NCBI GenBank assembly: GCA_038893995.1
Contig: JAWAQK010000007.1
Location: 1-57,314, forward strand
Origin: Candidatus Thorarchaeota archaeon
GTDB lineage: Archaea > Asgardarchaeota > Thorarchaeia > Thorarchaeales > Thorarchaeaceae
DNA: 57,314 bases
Reading direction: 5' to 3'
Each line of letters begins with the position of its first letter. The first letter of the stretch is position 1. The notes beneath the pieces were generated by a model. It made no database searches, was not told the DNA's origin, and saw only the letters and a program-made list of their open reading frames with translations. A program made the translations under genes and the position numbers. Positions 46,780-55,941 of the stretch are shown here, one piece after another.

Positions 46780-47529
46780 TCAGATGTCAAGGAAGTCAGA
46801 CAGGGGTGGCGTCAAGTCTAGGTAAGATTCCCTAGGCCTTGATGAACGTTTCACCGGATACTGAGGATGCTTGGTCAGTGTGTATCTGATGTATGACTTC
46901 AGGCTCTCGACGCATATATGCACTTGAGCACTGCTTGCAAGCGCTCTTCCACCGGCTGGCGTGAATATGTCTCCTCTGCTGGAGGGCGCAGAGACCAGCG
47001 TGACGATCCCATGCCGCATGGTAAATGTGGATATCTTCCGTGCCATCTGGGTCATCTGTTGTGCATGTCTCACGTTGACGCCCTCCGAGATGAATAGGTC
47101 TGGAAACCCCGACACTATCAACAGTCGCGCTCTGATTCTACTGAAGAACTCCTCCAACTCATCCATTATCAGGACAAATACCTGAGATGAGTTGAAGGCG
47201 CGCGAGACATATATCCTTCTAATCACCTCTTCAGGTTCGAGTCCCAGCTCAATGGCATATTCGGCCAACCTACATGACCTGAGAATGTTTACACTATCTA
47301 TAACTACTGTTGGGCTCTGGAGACCCCCCTCTTGCTGAGGACGCTGAACGCTGACTGCAATGCGCAGCAGATCATCATGCAGTTGTGAGTCCCCGTAGAA
47401 TAGGTATGTGAGTCCGACCTCCAGCCCCCCACCGAGTAGGTCGTCCAGTGCCTCAGTACCTGTCTTGACGATCTGTCGTCGTATCGTGTCTGCTGTAGTA
47501 AACTCTGAAAGTTGCGTGCGGGATGTCAT
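46780..47529 (-). CDS. RadA/Rad51 paralog with degenerate ATPase motifs
   Basis: TGTEALDDLLGGG, VQRPQQEGGL, VIDS, IYVSRAFN, GGRAL; no GKT; Walker B reads LLIVSG. Confidence 0.85.
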   Translation of the reverse strand: MTSRTQLSEFTTADTIRRQIVKTGTEALDDLLGGGLEVGLTYLFYGDSQLHDDLLRIAVSVQRPQQEGGLQSPTVVIDSVNILRSCRLAEYAIELGLEPEEVIRRIYVSRAFNSSQVFVLIMDELEEFFSRIRARLLIVSGFPDLFISEGVNVRHAQQMTQMARKISTFTMRHGIVTLVSAPSSRGDIFTPAGGRALASSAQVHICVESLKSYIRYTLTKHPQYPVKRSSRPRESYLDLTPPLSDFLDI

Positions 47530-47628
47530 CTGAGTATAGTCGTTACCCAGAGTAATAACTCCCCCCGAGCTGATACAACACGTTAAATAGCACCTGCACG
47601 ACGCCCATTTGTGCTGGGATGAGTTGAA

Positions 47629-47826
47629 TTGGCTGATCGAATCAGGATATGTCCTCGATGCGGTGGAAGCCGGATGAAGGAGGTCAAGACTTCCATAAGT
47701 GGCTGGCTTGTCCCTTCAAACTACTACTGTGAAGACTGCAAGTACTCTGGACCGATCTATGTCGAAGTTGATGCGGACGAGGCGGAAGTGCTCCGGCGAA
47801 TGATCACAGAGGACCACGAGACTTGA
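47629..47826 (+). CDS. Small zinc-ribbon protein
   Basis: CPRCG...YYCEDCKYSG; TATA-like gttaaata near 47582. Confidence 0.75.
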   Translation: MADRIRICPRCGGSRMKEVKTSISGWLVPSNYYCEDCKYSGPIYVEVDADEAEVLRRMITEDHET

Positions 47827-47926
47827 TACTGACACTATTGCCCCCTCAGTTCCTGACATGTGAGATCCAAGGTCGACCGCAAATGACTTAAACCGCGTAT
47901 CCCTTTCCCGCCTTGGTGACCTCAAC

Positions 47927-48352
47927 ATGGTGACACATGAAGGGTATGATTTTCCTGATGATCTGTACTACACAGATGATCAGGAATGGGTGAAGATTGA
48001 AGGAGGAAAGGCGAAGATCGGATTCACCAAGTTCGGCATGGACCTCGCGGGCAAGATCAAGTTTGTCAGACTACGTCCCGCCGGTAAGGAAGTCGAGGCC
48101 GGACGGAGTATAGGCACACTTGAGTCTGGCAAGTGGACCGGACCCGTAAAGGCCCCTGTGAGTGGTATGCTTGAAACGGTGAACGATGCCCTCAAGGACA
48201 ATCCCTCCCTTCTAAATGACGACCCATATGGGGCTGGTTGGATCGCCATAATTGCACCGACGAAGCTCGATCAAGAGCTGAAGACCCTGCAGGGAAAGGA
48301 TGGTCTTCAGGAATGGATCGTAAAGCAGTTTGCTGAGAAGAAGAAGGCTTGA
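47927..48352 (+). CDS. gcvH: Glycine cleavage system H / lipoyl-carrier protein
   Basis: DLYY...EWVK, GTLESGK (lipoyl Lys), APVSG, LNDDPYGAGWI. Confidence 0.93.
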   Translation: MVTHEGYDFPDDLYYTDDQEWVKIEGGKAKIGFTKFGMDLAGKIKFVRLRPAGKEVEAGRSIGTLESGKWTGPVKAPVSGMLETVNDALKDNPSLLNDDPYGAGWIAIIAPTKLDQELKTLQGKDGLQEWIVKQFAEKKKA

Positions 48353-48371
48353 GAGCCGGACGAGTCGGCCG

Positions 48372-48387
48372 GGTCTCCGGCCGGACC
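48372..48387. terminator. GC hairpin between convergent gcvH and cdc6-like genes
   Basis: ggccgg-gtct-ccggcc (approximate coordinates). Confidence 0.35.
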
Positions 48388-48403
48388 TATCCTCTATACC
48401 CAT

Positions 48404-49537
48404 CTACCTCTCCTTACTGAGTTCTTGCCTCAGGCTGACGGCAGCATCATAGAGGATCTCGGGGGGGACTATCACGTACAGGAGCTGTTTCGAATAGCGT
48501 GACTCAAAGACTATACTCTGTAATATCAGTGTCTGCAGACCTCTGTCTATGTCATGTGCTGCGCGTCTCACACCAAGTTCCTCACACTTGATGTCGACGA
48601 GTTCGTTCAGGGTCTGTCTATCTATGTACACCTCTGTCTTGCATCTCATTAGATGTTCCGAGAGAGTCTCGAGAACCAAGAGAGTCATGAAGTCGTCCAT
48701 TCCGAGGGAATCGACCAGTTCCAGGTAGTCCTGGTCCAGGAATGAAGATGTCAGTCTGAATGTGGCCGATCGAACGGCATCAGAATCAATATCACATCCT
48801 CGTACGGCAAGGGGCCACAGTGATTTCAGTGCCTCAATAGTCGTCCTTGGCCTGCCGGCATCGAACTCACAGACAAGGTCGGTGATATACCTCAGCACGT
48901 CCTCGGTCAGGCTGTGAGGAAATGTTTCCTCAACTCGGTTCCGGACTATCTCGTAGAGCTGGCTCTCGCTGTAGGTATCCAGGGCTATTTCGAGATCGAA
49001 GAGCATACCTGAGGACCTGGTCTTTGTGAGCATCCTGTAATCGTGGCTGTTCAACACACCTATTGTACTCGCTCCGATCTCCTTTGAGAGTTGGGCAAGC
49101 TTTCGGTAGAGTTCTTCGTTGGTTTCGTCTATGTTGTCCATCACGAATACAGTCCGTTTGGTTGCAGCAGCAGCCCTCTTGAACTGCATCCAGAGTACAT
49201 CAAGATCGAATGCCACCGTTATTGGGCTGCTCAGTAGCGAGTGCGTCTTGTCACTCAGCTCCGACACTATCTCAAGGATGTCCTTGTTCTTGGCATCTAC
49301 ATAGACCGTGTGCGAGTCAAAGCTCTGCGGAATGACCCTGGTCAAGAAGTACCTCGAGAACACGGTCATTCCGACGCCGGTTATGCCGTGCACGAGACAG
49401 TTCATGCCATACTGGTCCTCGTAGGAGTCCCTGTAAGCGCGAGTCAGTATGTCAATCTCTTCGTCACGATATAGAAGTCGAGAGGGAACGTAGTACGGGT
49501 CAAACAGTCCCCTGGGGCTACATTCTTGACGTGCCAT
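48404..49537 (-). CDS. Orc1/Cdc6-family AAA+ protein with degenerate Walker motifs
   Basis: FDPYYVPSRLLYRDEEI, HGITGVGMT, VMDNID, YSESQLYEIVRNR, GRPR, C-terminal wHTH; TATA-like cttaaata about 30 nt upstream of ATG 49537. Confidence 0.85.
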   Translation of the reverse strand: MARQECSPRGLFDPYYVPSRLLYRDEEIDILTRAYRDSYEDQYGMNCLVHGITGVGMTVFSRYFLTRVIPQSFDSHTVYVDAKNKDILEIVSELSDKTHSLLSSPITVAFDLDVLWMQFKRAAAATKRTVFVMDNIDETNEELYRKLAQLSKEIGASTIGVLNSHDYRMLTKTRSSGMLFDLEIALDTYSESQLYEIVRNRVEETFPHSLTEDVLRYITDLVCEFDAGRPRTTIEALKSLWPLAVRGCDIDSDAVRSATFRLTSSFLDQDYLELVDSLGMDDFMTLLVLETLSEHLMRCKTEVYIDRQTLNELVDIKCEELGVRRAAHDIDRGLQTLILQSIVFESRYSKQLLYVIVPPEILYDAAVSLRQELSKER

Positions 49538-49605
49538 TACTATCGGCAGTGTGTGTCTGCAGCAGTATTTAAGCACCCCCACGGAGGGATGACTGAAACT
49601 ATTCG

Positions 49606-50943
49606 TCATACCATTGATCCGAGTACGGATGCATAGTCCGGGCTCAACACGAAGTCATTGAACCCTGTCCCTATTATCTCCCGGATCTGCATCAGTCTTC
49701 TGTTTTTCTCGACGTCGTCGTAGGGCCATTTGTGCTCGGGTTTTGGCGTGATCTCCAGCCTCCTACAGAGGTCGACTATGTCCAGCACAGTCTTGAAGAT
49801 CTGCTCTCCTGATCCGCCCTCTGGACGTATCTCTCGTGAGTGTAATATCACGCCATAGGCGGGGCGATTGTTGCCGAGGTACCACTTGCTCGGAGCATGA
49901 CCGTACTTTGCAAACGGAGTGAATCTGTGTTCGACAAGCAACCTATCAATGTCCTCGATGCAGTCCTGCATCCTCTGAAGACTCCTGCCGTGGAAACCAT
50001 AGTCCTCGAATATGGCCATCTGCAGCCCTGTCTTAGGGTTTCTTTTCGGCAACTTCAACCTGATATCCTTAAGACTGCTGAGCTCAGCCCCACTCAGCCT
50101 CTTCAGGTCGACTAGCTGCTTCAGGTCGTCGAAACGCTCCTGGGGTAGCTCGATAATCATCAGTGGCGGGCGGAGGTCCCCCCTGACATCATCATGGGCA
50201 GAATAGATGACCTCGCCATAGGTTATGGGAATCTTGCGATCAATCATTCTTGCGATGGACTGGCCCATCTCGTTTCCATCAGAGTAATGAACTGTGCCTC
50301 CGACTAGAGTCTCTCTCACGGTGGGTTTGATGACCAGCCGAAGTTCAGTGATGAAGCCAAGTGTGCCGTGAGAACCTGCTACATCGTCCAGACTGAAGCC
50401 GATGCCATTCAGGGCCGATTCTAGAGCCGGGTCATCGCAGCGGACTCCGCTCCGGTCAACAGTCACCCTGTGCCCGTTGTACAGGACCATCTTGGCCCTG
50501 AGGGTGTTGTCCCTCATAGTACCTGCGGTCCACGCATCATTGCCCCCGCCGTCCGTGCTCAGTAGTCCTCCCACGCTTGCCACGTCCCGGCTGCTAGGGG
50601 CAACGTAGAACTTCATGCCTATCGGACTTAGGACTGCGTTGATCTCATCTGGTGTTGCACCCGCCTGCACATCCACGTATCCCTGATCCTTGGACACGCA
50701 TAGGATCTGTCTCATCTGCAGCGTGCTTATCATCACTCTGTCGCGATTGCCACCCGTGCAGGCCCCGCTGAGGCCCGAGCCACCCCCCTTCGGCGTCACA
50801 CTGAACCCCTTCTCTCGTGCTTGTCTGATGACCTCGACGACCTCCTCCTCAGTTCGTGGGTAGAATGCCCCCCTTATCTTGGTTATGTCCACCTTATAGT
50901 ACACCGACGCATTCGCGCCCATCACTGCCTCTCTGAGTTTCAT
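49606..50943 (-). CDS. FAD-binding oxidoreductase (GlcD / D-lactate dehydrogenase family)
   Basis: PKGGGSGLSGA, APSS...ASVGG, GSHGTLGFITE, C-terminal PEH. Confidence 0.85.
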   Translation of the reverse strand: MKLREAVMGANASVYYKVDITKIRGAFYPRTEEEVVEVIRQAREKGFSVTPKGGGSGLSGACTGGNRDRVMISTLQMRQILCVSKDQGYVDVQAGATPDEINAVLSPIGMKFYVAPSSRDVASVGGLLSTDGGGNDAWTAGTMRDNTLRAKMVLYNGHRVTVDRSGVRCDDPALESALNGIGFSLDDVAGSHGTLGFITELRLVIKPTVRETLVGGTVHYSDGNEMGQSIARMIDRKIPITYGEVIYSAHDDVRGDLRPPLMIIELPQERFDDLKQLVDLKRLSGAELSSLKDIRLKLPKRNPKTGLQMAIFEDYGFHGRSLQRMQDCIEDIDRLLVEHRFTPFAKYGHAPSKWYLGNNRPAYGVILHSREIRPEGGSGEQIFKTVLDIVDLCRRLEITPKPEHKWPYDDVEKNRRLMQIREIIGTGFNDFVLSPDYASVLGSMV

Positions 50944-52059
50944 CTATGCCCCACCCCCAACAGCCTCGTCGATCATCTGAACTATGTCCCTGGTCTTTAT
51001 TCCCGCTCCCATCAGTTGTTCACGACAGGAGGGGCAGCATGTCAGGACCTCCGTGTCGTCCAGTCTCTCGGCTGCGCGTCTGACCTGAGCTATCTTGTCG
51101 CTCAGATTCGGATCGGTCATGCGTAGCAGCCCGCCCCCTCCGCAACACGAGAAATCCAGTTCTCTCCACTTCACCCCGATCTTCGTCATCACTGACCTTG
51201 GTTCGGTCTTGACCCCCATTATTCGATGCAGTTCGCACGGGTCATGGTAGGCAAACACCTGGTCCGTCTTGATGCGTATGGTATCAGGCTCGATGAGCTG
51301 ATCAAAAAGCTGAGTGTGGTGAATTGCCTTCACACCGTCGAGCTGATGGTGTTGAGAGAGCTGAATAAGACATCCCGGACAGCAGGTCACGACTGCCTTC
51401 GCACCAGCACCCTTGATGACCTCCCTGTTGTGTTCCCGAAGCTGCAGGGCATCATTCTCCATCCCCATCAGGTCTAGGGGATGACCGCAACAGAACTCCT
51501 CTGATCCCATCACGAGATAGTCTACCTTGAAGTGCTCAAGCATCCTGAATAGCGATCTCACGACATCGACCTGTGTGCCTCTGAATGACATCAGGCAGCC
51601 CAGGAATATCATATACTCGGCCCTCTTGCCAGGCGCGTACACACGCTCCTGAATGTGAGGGATCTCCGCCTCGAGCTCGTCAAGCCAGAATGTGGCCCTG
51701 TCATCAGGTTCGAGCCCATAGATATTCTTCACATTAGCAAGGGCGTTCTTCAGTGGTTCGAGATACTTGAACTCCTCGGGGGCCTGTCTTAGTGCGCGTG
51801 CCCTCTGTTCATGCCATATCCTCAGCAGGTCCACGTCCGATGAACATTTCTCCTCACACCTACCACACATTGTGCACTGGAATAGAAGTCTCCGGAACTC
51901 ACGTGCGAGCTCCTGGTCCTTCTCTATCTGGTCCATTATCTGAAGAAGGTAGGCCTTCCCACGAGGCGAGAACTGTTCCTCTCCGGTCACGTTGAATAGA
52001 GGGCAAAATCTCAGACAAGTACCACATCGAACGCACTTCTCGTAAGACATGAGTACCAT
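50944..52059 (-). CDS. Fe-S oxidoreductase with 2x[4Fe-4S] and CCG domains (GlcF/HdrD-like)
   Basis: CVRCGTCLRFCP, CTMCGRCEEKC, EFCCG, CPGC, YHDPC, CCGGGG, CPSC. Confidence 0.9.
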   Translation of the reverse strand: MVLMSYEKCVRCGTCLRFCPLFNVTGEEQFSPRGKAYLLQIMDQIEKDQELAREFRRLLFQCTMCGRCEEKCSSDVDLLRIWHEQRARALRQAPEEFKYLEPLKNALANVKNIYGLEPDDRATFWLDELEAEIPHIQERVYAPGKRAEYMIFLGCLMSFRGTQVDVVRSLFRMLEHFKVDYLVMGSEEFCCGHPLDLMGMENDALQLREHNREVIKGAGAKAVVTCCPGCLIQLSQHHQLDGVKAIHHTQLFDQLIEPDTIRIKTDQVFAYHDPCELHRIMGVKTEPRSVMTKIGVKWRELDFSCCGGGGLLRMTDPNLSDKIAQVRRAAERLDDTEVLTCCPSCREQLMGAGIKTRDIVQMIDEAVGGGA

Positions 52060-52221
52060 TCCGGTAGTTGTCTCGTCGCATGACTAATATCGATGACGGT
52101 AGAGTGCGTCAATCGCTGCATTCATCTGATAGGTCAACCCATCCTATCAGGTCGATTGGGGTGTAAGAATGAGAAATGTGGGTGGCGGCATCAGCTGACT
52201 GCCGCACCCATATTCGTTATG

Positions 52222-53655
52222 CTATGTTGTAGGGGCCTTTGGGATGAAGCCCTGCTGGTACAGCATCTCGGATGCCGCGCGGGCAGTGCGAATGATACTC
52301 TCAGCGTGTCTGTAGAGCTCCTTCTCTTCCCACTGCTTCCTCGCTATGCCCTGCTCGATGGCCTTCATTCCCACCGCGGTAGCCTCGAGTGGATACAACT
52401 CCCACTGGTCCATTGTGGGTATCACCTTCCTCTCGCTTGCTTCCTTGGCACCCAGATCTGCCAGTGCTTGAGCCGCAGCTATACACATCTCGTCAGTGAT
52501 GGTCGTTGCCCTGACGTCGAGTGTCCCTCTGAATATGCCCGGAAATCCAAGTGAGTTGTTGATCTGATTCTCGAAGTCGCTACGGCCTGTCCCGACGACT
52601 CTAGCTCCTGCATCTCTGGCGTCCCACGGCCATATCTCGGGCAGCGGGTTGGCACAGGCGAACACTATGGCATCCTTCGCCATCTTGGCAACCCATTCCT
52701 TCTTGACTGTGCCCGGTACTGGCGTCGATGCTGATATCAGTACATCTATGCCCTCGATCACCTCACCTAGATCTCCCGTCTTTCTGTCAGGGTTTGTCTT
52801 CTGGGCCAGATCGTACTTGAACGGGTCTTCCTCTTTCTCTGCGATTATGTCGTCTCTGTCAGCGTAGACGGCGCCTCGGCTGTCAACCAGGATGATGTTC
52901 TTCGGGCTAACTCCAGCTGCCATGAGAAGGTAGGCAGTCCGGGTGTTGGCAGCTCCAGCTCCCAGCAGCGCGACAGTGATGTTCTCGATGTCCTTCTTTA
53001 CGACCCTCAGCCCACCTAGTACACCCGCAAGTACAACAGTTGCTGTACCCTGAGCATCGTCATGCCACACTGGAATCTTGACACGGGGATCCTTCCTCAG
53101 TTCTTCAAGCACCCTGTAGCACTTTGGCTTGGCTATGTCTTCGAGGTTCACGCCGCCAAATGAAGGTTGAATCAGACGAACAGTTTCAATGAGCTTGTCC
53201 GGGTCCTTGGTGTCTATACATACCGGCCAGGCATCAACGCCCCCCAGGTACTTGAACAGTATGCATTTCCCCTCCATGACAGGACCCGCTGCATAGGGTC
53301 CAATGTCACCAAGTCCAAGTACCCTCGTCCCGTCGCTCACTACAGCAACCATGTTACCCTTGTTGGTATGCTCATAGACCATCTCTTCGTTGTCCTTTAT
53401 TGCGAGACATGGCTTTGCAACCCCAGGTGTATACCAGATTGCGAAATCGTCGAAGCTGCGGACGGGACACTTTCCAATACTCTGGATCTTGCCTCTATAG
53501 AATGGATGTAGTACCATTGCATCCTTTCCGGGCTTCTCAGCCTTCTTCTTCAGTTCATCGACTGATACTTTGCCCTCGGTCTTAGATCCTGAACCACTTG
53601 AACCAGTCATGACTACTTTCCTCGTTGGAATCTCTGTTGGTGTCCCATTGGTCAT
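52222..53655 (-). CDS. NAD(P)-dependent malic enzyme
   Basis: WYTPGVA, DGTRVLGLGDIG, VMEGK, NLEDI, HDDAQGTA, GAGAA, ANPLPEI, NQINNSLGFPG. Confidence 0.95.
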   Translation of the reverse strand: MTNGTPTEIPTRKVVMTGSSGSGSKTEGKVSVDELKKKAEKPGKDAMVLHPFYRGKIQSIGKCPVRSFDDFAIWYTPGVAKPCLAIKDNEEMVYEHTNKGNMVAVVSDGTRVLGLGDIGPYAAGPVMEGKCILFKYLGGVDAWPVCIDTKDPDKLIETVRLIQPSFGGVNLEDIAKPKCYRVLEELRKDPRVKIPVWHDDAQGTATVVLAGVLGGLRVVKKDIENITVALLGAGAANTRTAYLLMAAGVSPKNIILVDSRGAVYADRDDIIAEKEEDPFKYDLAQKTNPDRKTGDLGEVIEGIDVLISASTPVPGTVKKEWVAKMAKDAIVFACANPLPEIWPWDARDAGARVVGTGRSDFENQINNSLGFPGIFRGTLDVRATTITDEMCIAAAQALADLGAKEASERKVIPTMDQWELYPLEATAVGMKAIEQGIARKQWEEKELYRHAESIIRTARAASEMLYQQGFIPKAPTT

Positions 53656-53846
53656 CTTTCATGGGAATGCATTTGTCCCCATGGGCCCAACGGCGAGTGG
53701 CTGGCCTCCCCCTAGGATTAAAGGTTATGGTTAGGTCCGCGATGACTGACCAGTTTCCGAAATTGTGAGTGGTGCTCTCTGGAAGCCTTGTCCCGCCTCC
53801 AGCAGCTGGTCTTCGTACGTGTCACGGGATGTCGGGATCCTGTTGC

Positions 53847-54320
53847 TCAGATCTTCAACTTCCAGTATCCAAGTATCTGCTGGGCATGCTGAGCTGACTT
53901 GACTGCTTCCACTCCGTTCTTGTCTCCGAATACTGCCTCGATTCTTCCCTCCTCATCTATCAGGAAGGTGACCCGCTTGACCCCAATGCCAAGGATTCTG
54001 GTCCAGCTCCTCGCACCGTAGAGACCAGCGATCCTGAGATCTGTATCCACAAGTATGGGAAATGGCAGTCGGTGCTTCTCCTTGAAGTTCTTGTGAGATT
54101 CGGGAGAGCCCCCAGAGATCCCATAGACAGCGATCCCGCTCTGCTGAAACATGCTATAGGAGTCCCTGATTGAGCAGGCTTCCGCAGTGCATCCTGGTGT
54201 GAAGTCTCTGGGATAGAAGTACAGCACCACTTTCTTTCCGCGATTATCCGAGAGTCTGAATGGCCGACCAGACTCATCGACAGTCTCGAAATCTGGTGCT
54301 GGATCTCCGCTCTTGAGCAT
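53847..54320 (-). CDS. bcp: Peroxiredoxin Bcp/PrxQ
   Basis: LYFYPRDFTPGCTAEAC, RVTFLID. Confidence 0.92.
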   Translation of the reverse strand: MLKSGDPAPDFETVDESGRPFRLSDNRGKKVVLYFYPRDFTPGCTAEACSIRDSYSMFQQSGIAVYGISGGSPESHKNFKEKHRLPFPILVDTDLRIAGLYGARSWTRILGIGVKRVTFLIDEEGRIEAVFGDKNGVEAVKSAQHAQQILGYWKLKI

Positions 54321-54332
54321 CCATGTTCCCTC

Positions 54333-54809
54333 CTACATTTTGAGCTTCCAGTAGCTTATGACCTGCTCTGCGTGTCTCTTCGTGTCTACCTTCTCAATTC
54401 CGTTGGGCCCAAACACGCCTGCTATTCTCCCGTTCTCATCTATGAGAAACGTGGTCCTTTCTATCCCCATGTACTCCTTTCCGTACATTGACTTCTTTAC
54501 ATAGACCCCGTAGAGTCTTGCTATCTCGAAGTTCTCGTCCATGAGCAGTGGAAATGGCAGACTGTTCTTTGCCTTGAACTTCTGGTGGCTCTTAGCTGTA
54601 CCGCCTGAGATACCAAATATGCGGACCGAGGCCCCCTCGAACACGGGAAATGCGTCTCTCAATGAGCACGCTTCCTGTGTGCATCCGGGCGTATCATCCT
54701 TCGGATAGAAGTAGAGGACCACCTTCTGACCCCTGAATGCAGTGAGATCAAATGGCTCTCCACTCTCGGTCGTTGTCTTGAATACGGGAGCAATCTCTCC
54801 TTGTTCCAT
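54333..54809 (-). CDS. bcp: Peroxiredoxin Bcp/PrxQ (tandem paralog)
   Basis: LYFYPKDDTPGCTQEAC, ERTTFLID. Confidence 0.92.
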   Translation of the reverse strand: MEQGEIAPVFKTTTESGEPFDLTAFRGQKVVLYFYPKDDTPGCTQEACSLRDAFPVFEGASVRIFGISGGTAKSHQKFKAKNSLPFPLLMDENFEIARLYGVYVKKSMYGKEYMGIERTTFLIDENGRIAGVFGPNGIEKVDTKRHAEQVISYWKLKM

Positions 54810-54921
54810 ACCTCATCACTGGACATACAGTATTAACAATTGTTAATAAAGATTGGGGCCTGCCCACTCAGTTAGAAACGGTTATAGATTTCCCCAGCCC
54901 GCCACAACGAGAGGCAAAGAG

Positions 54922-55941
54922 ATGAGCATCTCTCTCGAGTTTGGATCGTTACGGCCGTATCTCATGTCCCTTGCAGCGATTGCCATTGTCATGTCCGTAG
55001 CTGGATATGTTGCTGGATGCATGGACTTCGGCGCTGTCAGGTCAGACGTCGTCATGTATGCAGTCTATTATCTGTGCCTGCCGGTTGTCAGCATGATCCT
55101 TGGTCTCGCGATTGGCGTTTGGGCCAAGCATCATTCGGTACGTCGTTATCGCCCTGAGTGGACACACGTGGAGAGAGACATGAATATAGAGGAAGTAGTT
55201 GAAACCCTTCGGAAGATCGACAGGGCGCTGTTCGGTGTCATTGCAACGGCCAGACTTCCGCATTTTCTTGTTCCCTCGATCACAGTTGTCTTCTTCTCGA
55301 CCATCCCGCTGCTGGCCACTGACTTCCCGACCCTGATGCTACCCTGGCCCTTTCTTGGGACGGCCGCCATATTGATAGTAGTCCTGGTGAGTTTCTACGG
55401 CTCCTACAGGGCCACATCCAATGTGGCATCGGATGACGTGAGCCCGAGATACTTCCGTGAGGCACTCTGGCTCGCTAGAGAACAGGGTCGCGTACTGGGT
55501 GTATCGGGCGTCAGAATTCGTGTCAAGGAGAGCCGCTCTGGTGACATTCTAACACTCAGGTGGCCGCGCGTCGTGGCTCACGTGAGTTGCATCGAGAAGA
55601 ACTCACTCATCGTATCCAGGTCTACCGAGCTGGGATCGATATCCCGCGTGGTATGCACCCTCAGCGATGAGGATGGCAGGACGTTGGCCTCGTGGAGATG
55701 GGATGCACGTCTTCCCTTCTTTGTCAGACTCCCTGAAGGCTCCACCAAGGCCCGGGTGGAGAGATATCTCATATCTGGCCCACAAGGCTTTCTCGGGGTA
55801 AAGGATGTGCGCCAGCTCACGATGGAGGCAGTTGCACTCGTTGCTCTTGAGTGGTTCCGGCTCTTCGGTCCTAGAGAAGACGTAGCTAGACTACTGAATG
55901 ACATAGGCGTGGAAACAGCCCCTCGTGTAGGGGTGAGCTAG
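54922..55941 (+). CDS. Hypothetical 4-TM membrane protein with C-terminal soluble domain
   Basis: Two TM pairs separated by EWTHVERDM; TATA-like ggttata near 54880. Confidence 0.7.
   Translation: MSISLEFGSLRPYLMSLAAIAIVMSVAGYVAGCMDFGAVRSDVVMYAVYYLCLPVVSMILGLAIGVWAKHHSVRRYRPEWTHVERDMNIEEVVETLRKIDRALFGVIATARLPHFLVPSITVVFFSTIPLLATDFPTLMLPWPFLGTAAILIVVLVSFYGSYRATSNVASDDVSPRYFREALWLAREQGRVLGVSGVRIRVKESRSGDILTLRWPRVVAHVSCIEKNSLIVSRSTELGSISRVVCTLSDEDGRTLASWRWDARLPFFVRLPEGSTKARVERYLISGPQGFLGVKDVRQLTMEAVALVALEWFRLFGPREDVARLLNDIGVETAPRVGVS

Noticed and set aside
46655-46830. UGA readthrough/SECIS at the giant protein stop, where the hairpin begins at the TGA
   Set aside because: In-frame extension is not protein-like, runs into the convergent gene, and no SECIS core is evident
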